DNA from: Alphaproteobacteria bacterium
GTDB taxonomy: Bacteria > Pseudomonadota > Alphaproteobacteria > JABAAW01
DNA length: 64,000 bases
Assembly (NCBI GenBank): GCA_014238315.1
Contig: JABABG010000062.1
Coordinates: 3,568 to 67,567, forward strand
Direction: 5' to 3'
The translations under genes and the position numbers were made by a program. Numbering within the stretch: position 1 is the first letter of the stretch; every line of letters starts with the position of its first letter. Shown in pieces: positions 56,833 to 64,000 of this stretch. The notes below the pieces were generated by a model, which was not told the DNA's origin, did not search any database, and was given only the letters and a program-made list of their open reading frames with translations.

Positions 56833-57933
56833 TTAACTAACGGCTTTGCCAACCGCGCTCTCTATAGATTCGAGTTTATATTGTCTGAGCAAGGTAGAAA
56901 AATCGAAGCGTATTTGGTCAACTAATCGTGGTCCTTTATAGGCGAGTCCGGTATAGATTTGCACGAGCGAGGCTCCGTTCAAAATTCTTTTCATGGCGTC
57001 TTGTGCGGAGAATACTCCTCCGCAACCGATAAGCTTAACCTTACCATCTGTGTGTTTGTAAATATCCTTTAGTATATCGTTGATGGTATCGGAGAGGGGT
57101 TTTCCGCTAAGCCCGCCTTGCTCGTTTCGCTCTGGCGAGCGTAACGAAGGGTATCGCTCCAGAGTTGTATTCCCGACTATGATACCATCGCATCCGCCAC
57201 TTTTAGCAAAATCGGCAAAGCCAAGATAATCGGTTTGCATCAGGTCTGGCGAAATTTTTACCAGCAAAGGTATGCGCCGTTTGCCTGGTTCGGCTTTACG
57301 CATCACTTCGATTAACTCGGCTATCTTACCAACCTTATAGGTTTCTCGTACGGGTTTTTTAGTGTTGGGGCAAGAGGCATTAATAGTTATGTAGTCGACG
57401 ATTGGCTGTAGAGCTTTAAAACAACTTATCATTTCTTCGCGACACAACCCATCATCGTGTAAGGAATCTGGGTCTGGTGCGATGTTTGCGCCTAGCACCG
57501 TGCGGATTGTTTGTATTGCGTTGTTGGCAGAGCGCGTAGCTTTGTTGAAATGGCGTCGCAAGCGTCGCTCGATGCTTTCAAGACCATCGTTGGGTAGCCC
57601 GAGGCGGTTGATGATTGCGAGGTCTTCTTTCAGGCGAAACATGCGCGGACGTTGCGAGTTTCCACCCCGTGCTCGTTTAGTTATTGAGCCGATCTCGATA
57701 AAGCCAAACCCCATTTTACTAAGATTACCAACCGCTGACGCGTTTTTATCAAAGCCAGCGGCTAACCCGATCGGGTTGGCAAATAATAGTGACCAAAGAT
57801 TCTGATTAAGACGGGTAGGGTCTACTACGTTCGTTTGTTTTACAAAACGTGTGCCGTACAAAGCAATACTTCGTGCTTGTTCTGGCGGCAAAAAACTGAT
57901 GACACGAAAGGCAGTATCGGTTAGGGTTTTCAT
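56833..57933 (-). CDS. pyrD: dihydroorotate dehydrogenase (quinone)
   Basis: Class 2 DHODH with N-terminal membrane-association region; GFIEIGSIT and NTT motifs. Confidence 0.9.
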   Translation of the reverse strand: MKTLTDTAFRVISFLPPEQARSIALYGTRFVKQTNVVDPTRLNQNLWSLLFANPIGLAAGFDKNASAVGNLSKMGFGFIEIGSITKRARGGNSQRPRMFRLKEDLAIINRLGLPNDGLESIERRLRRHFNKATRSANNAIQTIRTVLGANIAPDPDSLHDDGLCREEMISCFKALQPIVDYITINASCPNTKKPVRETYKVGKIAELIEVMRKAEPGKRRIPLLVKISPDLMQTDYLGFADFAKSGGCDGIIVGNTTLERYPSLRSPERNEQGGLSGKPLSDTINDILKDIYKHTDGKVKLIGCGGVFSAQDAMKRILNGASLVQIYTGLAYKGPRLVDQIRFDFSTLLRQYKLESIESAVGKAVS

Positions 57934-57980
57934 ACGAACGTAGGGTTTCGCAATAGTTTTTGTTTAGACATTTTTATAGT

Positions 57981-58052
57981 TGCCGACACACGGATTCGAA
58001 CCGCGGACCTAGGGTTTACAAAACCCTTGCTCTACCACTGAGCTATGTCGGC
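57981..58052 (-). tRNA. tRNA-Thr (anticodon TGT)
   Basis: Reverse complement gccgacatagctcagtggtagagcaagggttttgtaaaccctagg...ggttcgaatccgtgtgtcggca. Anticodon loop tttgtaa. Confidence 0.85.
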
Positions 58053-58131
58053 TCGGACGCGATAAAGTCACACTCTATAATCCGATTCGGAATCAAAGTG
58101 AATCTTTAACTATCGCAAATCTACGCGCATA

Positions 58132-58719
58132 TTACAAGTACTGGCCCAAAGCACGTAGACAATCTTGTAATAGTAGGGTAGCAACTGCCGAATCAATCGC
58201 TATTTTTTTCTTTGCCCTCTGTGCTGTTCGGGCACGGGCAGACTTTATTACTTTCCTATCCGTCCCTACACTGACTGTGTTTCCGCTTAAGCGTTGTACT
58301 AACGCTGAGGTAAATCGTTCGTCGAACAGCAACAATGGTGCTTGTGGATTTTGAGCGGCAACTAGTTTTATAGCGAAGCGTCGTACTTCGAGGCTCATCG
58401 CGCTTTCTTTACCAGATTGCGACAAAGGCAGCCCTAAAACCCAAGCCATGCAACCGCGTTCGGCGAAAAGTTTTCGTAAAAAGAGAAGGTCTTCGGCTTG
58501 GTTTTTGCGTTGGAGAACTGGAAGGGCTACGGCTATATTGCTCTGGCTTGTACTTACGGCAACACCGATACGCTTTAGACCAAAATCTAACGCGAGCAGG
58601 GTCCCTTTATGAGTTTTTGCGTCAGCCTCCTTCTGAGTTTCAGCAATAAAAGCGCGGAAGGCATTAATATCATCGACGATAATTTTTGTTGCGCTCTGCT
58701 TTGCACTGAGAGGCTGCAT
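58132..58719 (-). CDS. ruvX: Holliday junction resolvase-like protein RuvX/YqgF
   Basis: LLALDFGLKRIGVAVS motif of YqgF/RNase H-like fold. Confidence 0.75.
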   Translation of the reverse strand: MQPLSAKQSATKIIVDDINAFRAFIAETQKEADAKTHKGTLLALDFGLKRIGVAVSTSQSNIAVALPVLQRKNQAEDLLFLRKLFAERGCMAWVLGLPLSQSGKESAMSLEVRRFAIKLVAAQNPQAPLLLFDERFTSALVQRLSGNTVSVGTDRKVIKSARARTAQRAKKKIAIDSAVATLLLQDCLRALGQYL

Positions 58720-58765
58720 AGTTTATACGATGCTAGTGTTTGTGCTCTGGCTACAAGGGTTATGC

Positions 58766-59956
58766 TTATATTTTTTGATATGGCTGATGCTCATGCGTTT
58801 CACTTTTGCGTTTTTTGATGCTTTCTGTGCGCAATTGCCCGCAAGCGGCAAGAATATCGCTCCCGCGAGGTCTCCGCAAAGGAGCGGCGTATCCGGCTTT
58901 TTGGATAATTTCTGCGAACTCGTGCATGCGTTTTGCGGGGGAGCAACGATAAGGACTATTCGGCCAGGGGTTGAAGGGTATCAGATTGATTTTAGCCGGG
59001 ATTCCGCGGATTAGCTGTACGAGTTTCCGTGCGTGGCTAAGATGGTCGTTTATCTGATCGAGCATTACATATTCAAAGGTTATGCGTTCAGAGTTTTTGA
59101 GTCGCGGATAGTCTCGACAAGCTTGTAGAAGCTCGTTTAGTGGGTATTTCCGATTTAGCGGGACGATTTTATCGCGAATTTCGTCTGACACTGCGTGCAG
59201 GGATATTGCTAGTTGCACGGCGAGCACTTTCCCTAGGCGCGTGATCATCGGCACAACTCCAGCGGTAGACAAGGTTATTTTTCTGCGCGAGAAACAGAAT
59301 CCTTCTGCGTCTATCAAAATATTTAGTGCGGTAGCGACATTTTCGAAGTTATACAACGGCTCTCCCATCCCCATCATTACGATGTTGGTAATTTTTCGAC
59401 TAAGCGGATTTTCCAGCGGCTCGTTTAGAGATTTATTTGAAGTTTGTTGCCAATCGTTGAGCTCGTCTTTTACGCATGCAACCTGTTCGAGTATTTCTTG
59501 TGCGCTGAGGTTTCGCACGAGTTTTTGTGTTCCGGTATGGCAAAAACGACAGTTCAACGTGCAACCAACTTGGCTAGAAAGGCATAGGGTTCCGCGATTT
59601 TTTTCAGGAATATATACGGTTTCGGCACGCGCTCCATCGATAAATTGTAGCAACCACTTTTTTGTACCATCGTTGGATTCTTGTCTATCGACGATTGAGG
59701 GTCTTAGCAAAGAAAATTCTTGACTTAGTTGGTTTCGTAGCGCGATCGGCAAGGATGTCATGCTGTCAAAGTTTTTTTCTCCACGCGCGTATAGATTTTG
59801 AAACAGCTGTTTTGCCCGATAGCTAGGCTGCTGCCTAGCTGTGATGGTTTTTAGCAGCTCCTCGCGCGAGAAACCAAACATCGATGGATTATGTTGCGAA
59901 GAGTTTTGATGCAAATAATTTTGTTGCATGGAGCTTTGTCGTAGAGGGTATGTCAT
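58766..59956 (-). CDS. rlmN: 23S rRNA (adenine2503-C2)-methyltransferase, radical SAM
   Basis: CxxxCxxC radical-SAM motif (CTLNCRFC) and RlmN-length protein. Confidence 0.9.
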   Translation of the reverse strand: MTYPLRQSSMQQNYLHQNSSQHNPSMFGFSREELLKTITARQQPSYRAKQLFQNLYARGEKNFDSMTSLPIALRNQLSQEFSLLRPSIVDRQESNDGTKKWLLQFIDGARAETVYIPEKNRGTLCLSSQVGCTLNCRFCHTGTQKLVRNLSAQEILEQVACVKDELNDWQQTSNKSLNEPLENPLSRKITNIVMMGMGEPLYNFENVATALNILIDAEGFCFSRRKITLSTAGVVPMITRLGKVLAVQLAISLHAVSDEIRDKIVPLNRKYPLNELLQACRDYPRLKNSERITFEYVMLDQINDHLSHARKLVQLIRGIPAKINLIPFNPWPNSPYRCSPAKRMHEFAEIIQKAGYAAPLRRPRGSDILAACGQLRTESIKKRKSETHEHQPYQKI

Positions 59957-61755
59957 GAAATATCTGATTTCAAAGCGGCGATGAAAGCAGAGTTAGGTAT
60001 ATTGACTTTTCCTATTTGCCGCATTCGTTTTTTACCTTTTTTCTGTTTTTCCAACAACTTACGTTTTCTAGTTATATCACCCCCATAACATTTTGCGGTC
60101 ACATCTTTTCGCAATGCGCTTACAGTTTCACGCGCGATGATTTTACCGAAGATGGCTCCCTGTATAGCTACCTTGAACAGCTGTTGCGGTATCAAGGTTT
60201 TCAGTTTTGCGCACATAGTTCGAGCGCGCCCGACAGCCCGCGCCTCGTGGAGAATACACGAGAGAGCATCGACTGGCTCTCCATTGATGAGTATAGCTAG
60301 CTTGACCATATTTCCTTCACGGAATCCGATAGCTTCGTAGTCGAAAGAAGCGTAGCCACGACTTATAGACTTCAGCCTATCGTGAAAATCGAAGATTATT
60401 TCGTTTAGCGGCATCTCATATACCAACATTGCGCGCTCATCGAGTGTATCTAGAGATATTTGTTTTCCGCGCAATTCGACGCATAGTTGCATTACCGCGC
60501 CAATTCCTTCGTGCGGCAACAAGATAGTAGCCTTGATCCAGGGCTCAAGAGTTGCTTCGATTTGGGTTGGTTCTGGATAGTCTGCCGGCGAGCGCAGGTC
60601 TACGATGGTGCCGTTATTGCGTTTGATTTTATAGGCGACCGATGGAGCGGTAGTTACAGGCTCTACATCGAATTCGCGTTTGAGCCTTTCGATGATTATT
60701 TCTAGGTGTAGCAGTCCCAAGAATCCGCAACGAAATCCCAATCCGAGCACTGGCGAGCTTTCTTTTTCGCGCGAGAAACTAGAATCGTTTAGCGCGAGTT
60801 TTGCAAGAGCATCCCGTAATGCTTCAAAGTTTTCTGCATTTTCTGGGAATAATCCGCAAAAGACGACTGGCTGTATTGCGCGAAAACCTGGTAAGACCAT
60901 ATCCGTTGGTTTGCTAGCGAGTGTTATGGTATCGCCGGTTTGCGTCTCAGCCAGTGACTTTATCCCCGTTGTGATGAAGCCGATTTCACCTTGCTGCAAG
61001 CTTTCGACAGACACAGGTTTTGGTGAGAAAATACCGACGCGTTCGATGCTTGCGTCTGTTTTTCCAGCGACCAGTCGGATTTTTTGTCCTCGCTTAAGTG
61101 TGCCTGCGTATACGCGCACGAGTATCATAATCCCTAAGTATGGATCGTACCAACTATCGACGAGCAACGCTTGTAGTGTATTTTTTTCTTCACTTTGTTT
61201 GGGCGGAGGTATTCTAAGAACAGCGGCTTTGAGCAGGTCTTGCAAACCCTCTCCGGTTTTAGCGGATAGCCTCACGGCGTTTCCCTTTGAGAATCCTAGC
61301 GTTTGCTGTAGCTGTTCTTCGACCTTGTCGCCGTCGGCGGACGCTAGGTCGATTTTGTTTAGCACGGGTACAATTTCAAGATTATTTTCAAGTGCGAGCC
61401 AAGCGTTTGCGAGCGTCTGCGCTTCGACCCCTTGAGTTGCATCGACGATCAGGAAAGCCCCCTCGCAAGAAGCGAGTGCTCGCGAGACTTCGTAAGAGAA
61501 GTCGACATGTCCTGGTGTATCCATCAAATTAAAGATGTAGTTGTTGCTCTCCCATACCATTGGCAGTCGGACGGTTTGGGTTTTGACGGTTATACCGCGT
61601 TCTCGTTCTACATCCATTGAATCGAGGAATTGCTCGCGCATGTCTCTTTTTGCCAAGGCTCCGCTTTCTTCGATCAATCGATCGGCGAGCGTTGATTTTC
61701 CGTGATCTATATGAGCGATCAATGCGAAATTGCGTATTGAAAGACGATTTGTCAT
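59953..61755 (-). CDS. lepA: elongation factor 4
   Basis: [21 protein letters not shown]-domain and LepA C-terminal domain. Confidence 0.95.
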   Translation of the reverse strand: MTNRLSIRNFALIAHIDHGKSTLADRLIEESGALAKRDMREQFLDSMDVERERGITVKTQTVRLPMVWESNNYIFNLMDTPGHVDFSYEVSRALASCEGAFLIVDATQGVEAQTLANAWLALENNLEIVPVLNKIDLASADGDKVEEQLQQTLGFSKGNAVRLSAKTGEGLQDLLKAAVLRIPPPKQSEEKNTLQALLVDSWYDPYLGIMILVRVYAGTLKRGQKIRLVAGKTDASIERVGIFSPKPVSVESLQQGEIGFITTGIKSLAETQTGDTITLASKPTDMVLPGFRAIQPVVFCGLFPENAENFEALRDALAKLALNDSSFSREKESSPVLGLGFRCGFLGLLHLEIIIERLKREFDVEPVTTAPSVAYKIKRNNGTIVDLRSPADYPEPTQIEATLEPWIKATILLPHEGIGAVMQLCVELRGKQISLDTLDERAMLVYEMPLNEIIFDFHDRLKSISRGYASFDYEAIGFREGNMVKLAILINGEPVDALSCILHEARAVGRARTMCAKLKTLIPQQLFKVAIQGAIFGKIIARETVSALRKDVTAKCYGGDITRKRKLLEKQKKGKKRMRQIGKVNIPNSAFIAALKSDIS

Positions 61756-61869
61756 AATTCTTGAGATTTTTTGTACCGAGCAATGTATTTTCGATATAAT
61801 TTCTTACCAACATATCCTGTTGTTAGGATACCCTAACGAGTTCCAATTTAGACGAAATGTGATCCTAAT

Positions 61870-63192
61870 ATGAATAAAAAGATTTCAAGAAATTTGCCAT
61901 ACCTATCACCACTTTCGTGCGGCGCACAGGCTGTTGTCGATAGAGTGGATAGTGTAGAAAGTTTGACCTGCGGTATTTGGGTTTCGACTGGCTCTCGCTT
62001 TGATCCTTTGCCGCGTGCTGGACTAGCGCATTTTTACGAGCATATACTTTTTAAAGGCACTACGAATAGAGATGCCTACCGAATTGCGGCGGACATCGAG
62101 GCTTGCGGTGGCATGATAAATGCCTATACTTCGCGCGAGCAAACTGCTTTTTACGCGCGTATGCCTAGCGAGCATTTAGAGCGTGGTTTAGATATTTTGT
62201 GCGACATGATTTGCAACGCGCGTTTTTCAGAAGAAGATTTGGTTATGGAGCGTAAGGTTATTACGCAAGAAATAGCCCAATCATTAGATCAGCCCGACGA
62301 CCATGTTTTTGACGCTTTTCAGGCGCAAATTTTTCCGCAGCAACGATTGGGTCGCCCTATTTTAGGTTATCGTGACAGCGTTGCGGAGACTCGCCGCTCT
62401 GATTTACAACAGCATCGAGCCGATCATTACTATGGCGAAAATATGGTGGTATCTTTTTCTGGAAACGGAGATTTTGATCGTGGCTTGACTTTTGTAGACA
62501 AAGCCTTAGAGGACTTGGGTCGCCTCCCGCAAGCGCAACCTGCTTCTTCCGCCCCCCCTTCCCCTACGAGTGATCATGCTATCGAGGAACCTCGCTTTGC
62601 CTGCTCGCTATCTGTCGAGGAGCGAGAAATAGAGCAATGTCACAGCGTTATCGGCTTTCCGGCTTTTTCGCGTCATCATAAAGATTACTATGCGGCAAAA
62701 GTACTGTGCGCGCTGTTGGGACAAGGCATGGCGTCGCCTCTTTTTCAAGAGATACGAGAGAAGCGAGGTTTAGCCTATTCGATTTGCAGTTTTTATCAAG
62801 AGTTGCAAGATGGTGGAATTTTTGGGCTTTACACAGCGAGCGATCATAATAAAATGAGCGAGCTACAAAGAGCATTAAAAAATTGCTTACAATCTAGCGT
62901 CGATGAGCTTCGCGATGAGGACATTGCGAGAGCAAAAGCGCAGTTGCGCTCTTCCTTGGTGATGGGTTTAGAATCCCCCCCGCGCCGCGCTAGCCATTGG
63001 GCATCGCAGTTACTGTTTTACGGCAAGTTAATCGATCCGCGAGAAACCTGTGAGAAGATATCGATGATCGATAAAAGTAAGCTACTATCAGTAGCTGAGC
63101 GTGTATTCGGTGGATTGAGTGCGGTTACGGTTTTAGGACCTCTGTCGAAAGATTATTTATCGGAGATCACTGCCTTTGGTCAGGCTCATTGA
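61870..63192 (+). CDS. M16 family zinc peptidase
   Basis: Inverted zinc motif HFYEHILFKGT (HxxEH). Confidence 0.8.
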   Translation: MNKKISRNLPYLSPLSCGAQAVVDRVDSVESLTCGIWVSTGSRFDPLPRAGLAHFYEHILFKGTTNRDAYRIAADIEACGGMINAYTSREQTAFYARMPSEHLERGLDILCDMICNARFSEEDLVMERKVITQEIAQSLDQPDDHVFDAFQAQIFPQQRLGRPILGYRDSVAETRRSDLQQHRADHYYGENMVVSFSGNGDFDRGLTFVDKALEDLGRLPQAQPASSAPPSPTSDHAIEEPRFACSLSVEEREIEQCHSVIGFPAFSRHHKDYYAAKVLCALLGQGMASPLFQEIREKRGLAYSICSFYQELQDGGIFGLYTASDHNKMSELQRALKNCLQSSVDELRDEDIARAKAQLRSSLVMGLESPPRRASHWASQLLFYGKLIDPRETCEKISMIDKSKLLSVAERVFGGLSAVTVLGPLSKDYLSEITAFGQAH

Positions 63193-63775
63193 ATTGTTTT
63201 TCCGAGATTTCCCTCATCTACGCGGACCTTTCGTCTACCTTCGCCGCGCTTCGCTTAGGGATAGCGCGGCTTGGATTTCTTTGCGCAAGGCGAGTCAATC
63301 TTTTTTGCAACCTTGGGAGCCATTGTGGGACGAGCAGGTTCTGGCACCTAGCGGCTTTACAAGGTTTAACAACTACCATCGAGATGGCTGGCGAGATGGT
63401 CATTTACGAGGTTTTTTAATTTTTCACAACGAAAGCGACGATCTTTTGGGAGGCATTACGCTAAGTAATATCCGTTATGGGGTGAACATGAGCGCGAGCA
63501 TAGGATATTGGATAGGAGCTCCGCACGTGCGTAAGGGTTATATGCAGGAAGCTTTGATACTAGCTATGGACTATGCTTTTTTGTCTCTACGCCTTAATAG
63601 AGTAGAGGCGAGTTGCATGCCAGACAACCTCCCTAGCTCGCGTCTTTTGTTGAAGAGTGGCTTCGCCATTGAAGGAGAAGCTCGTGCCTACCTGCACATT
63701 AATGGCGTATGGGAGGATCACCTGATGTTTTCGCTACTAGCTCGCGACAAGCGTCCGCGCCTGCCCGGCCTATAG
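63176..63775 (+). CDS. GNAT family N-acetyltransferase (RimJ/RimL-like)
   Basis: GNAT fold motifs and length; overlaps the end of the M16 gene. Confidence 0.7.
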   Translation: MVRLIELFFRDFPHLRGPFVYLRRASLRDSAAWISLRKASQSFLQPWEPLWDEQVLAPSGFTRFNNYHRDGWRDGHLRGFLIFHNESDDLLGGITLSNIRYGVNMSASIGYWIGAPHVRKGYMQEALILAMDYAFLSLRLNRVEASCMPDNLPSSRLLLKSGFAIEGEARAYLHINGVWEDHLMFSLLARDKRPRLPGL

Positions 63776-63834
63776 AGAGTTAAAAAAGAGATTGTGTAGG
63801 TAGCAAAGAAATTGAAAAAGCCTTGACTACGCGT

Positions 63835-64000
63835 CTAGCTTGTTTGCTCTTCTTTTTCCGCTTCTTCTTTACGGCGTTTTTCAGCAGCGGCTTTAGTAGG
63901 TCCTGCGTCCGTTCCCTTAGCCGCGTGGTCGCGCTCTAATAGCTCTATTACAGCCATATCGACGGCATCCCCGCGGCGTGGGTTTGCGTGGATGATGCGC
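63835..64000 (-). CDS. 3' end of a gene continuing beyond the window; Lys/Glu/Ala-rich C-terminal tail
   Basis: Reverse-strand frame is open from the window end to the stop at 63835-63837 (…DAVDMAVIELLERDHAAKGTDAGPTKAAAEKRRKEEAEKEEQTS*). Confidence 0.4.
   Translation of the reverse strand, partial: RIIHANPRRGDAVDMAVIELLERDHAAKGTDAGPTKAAAEKRRKEEAEKEEQTS

Noticed and set aside
1-64000. Search for CRISPR arrays, transposase/integrase genes, restriction-modification or toxin-antitoxin pairs
   Set aside because: The only regularly spaced repeats are contiguous tandem units without spacers, so they are not CRISPR. No ORF shows DDE-transposase, tyrosine-recombinase, methyltransferase-endonuclease pairing or small TA-like gene pairs.

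Overview
This window reads as core chromosome of an alphaproteobacterium with a moderately reduced genome and mixed GC content.

The alphaproteobacterial assignment rests on several markers:
- a GcrA cell-cycle regulator;
- an Irr-type Fur regulator with an HHH motif;
- ornithine-lipid-type acyltransferase pair OlsB/OlsA;
- an NDUFS4-like small protein and a DUF1467 protein;
- the ori-proximal synteny: a DUF299 (PPDK regulatory) gene and hemE flank an AT-rich gap (46678..46975) that carries a perfect DnaA box.

Gene content is almost entirely housekeeping:
- ribB, znuACB, ppa, and yebC-ruvCAB;
- ybgC-tolQRAB, mnmE and recR;
- cobB, lgt, thiBPQ, rho, cobS/cobT and mnmG-rsmG-parAB (a perfect parS lies inside rsmG);
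- coaE-aroE-maf, hemE-hemH-hemJ, mutL, pyrD, rlmN, lepA, an M16 peptidase, three tRNAs, and others.

I found no CRISPR array, no transposase or integrase, and no recognisable defence island.

What stands out instead:
1. A likely chromosomal replication origin (hemE / DUF299 gap with DnaA boxes), with the par operon oriented towards it.
2. A pervasive population of short 12-, 15- and 17-bp tandem repeats, many of them in-frame inside conserved genes (znuA, cobS, thiP 5' end, a MidA-like methyltransferase, the NDUFS4-like gene, an N-terminal Irr extension, the RuvB N-terminus), plus homopolymeric C tracts. This suggests slipped-strand hypervariability.
3. An ambiguous pair of overlapping 199-aa ORFs on opposite strands built around a GRRK/LRLP 12-bp repeat.
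4. An AT-rich block (about 53.0-55.8 kb) encoding a large putative GT-C-fold membrane glycosyltransferase next to a cytochrome b561.
5. A 640-bp ORF-free segment between convergent parB and coaE.
6. A znuC whose conserved N-terminus lacks any canonical start codon.

I used no database searches. Family assignments rest on motifs I recognise directly in the translations.
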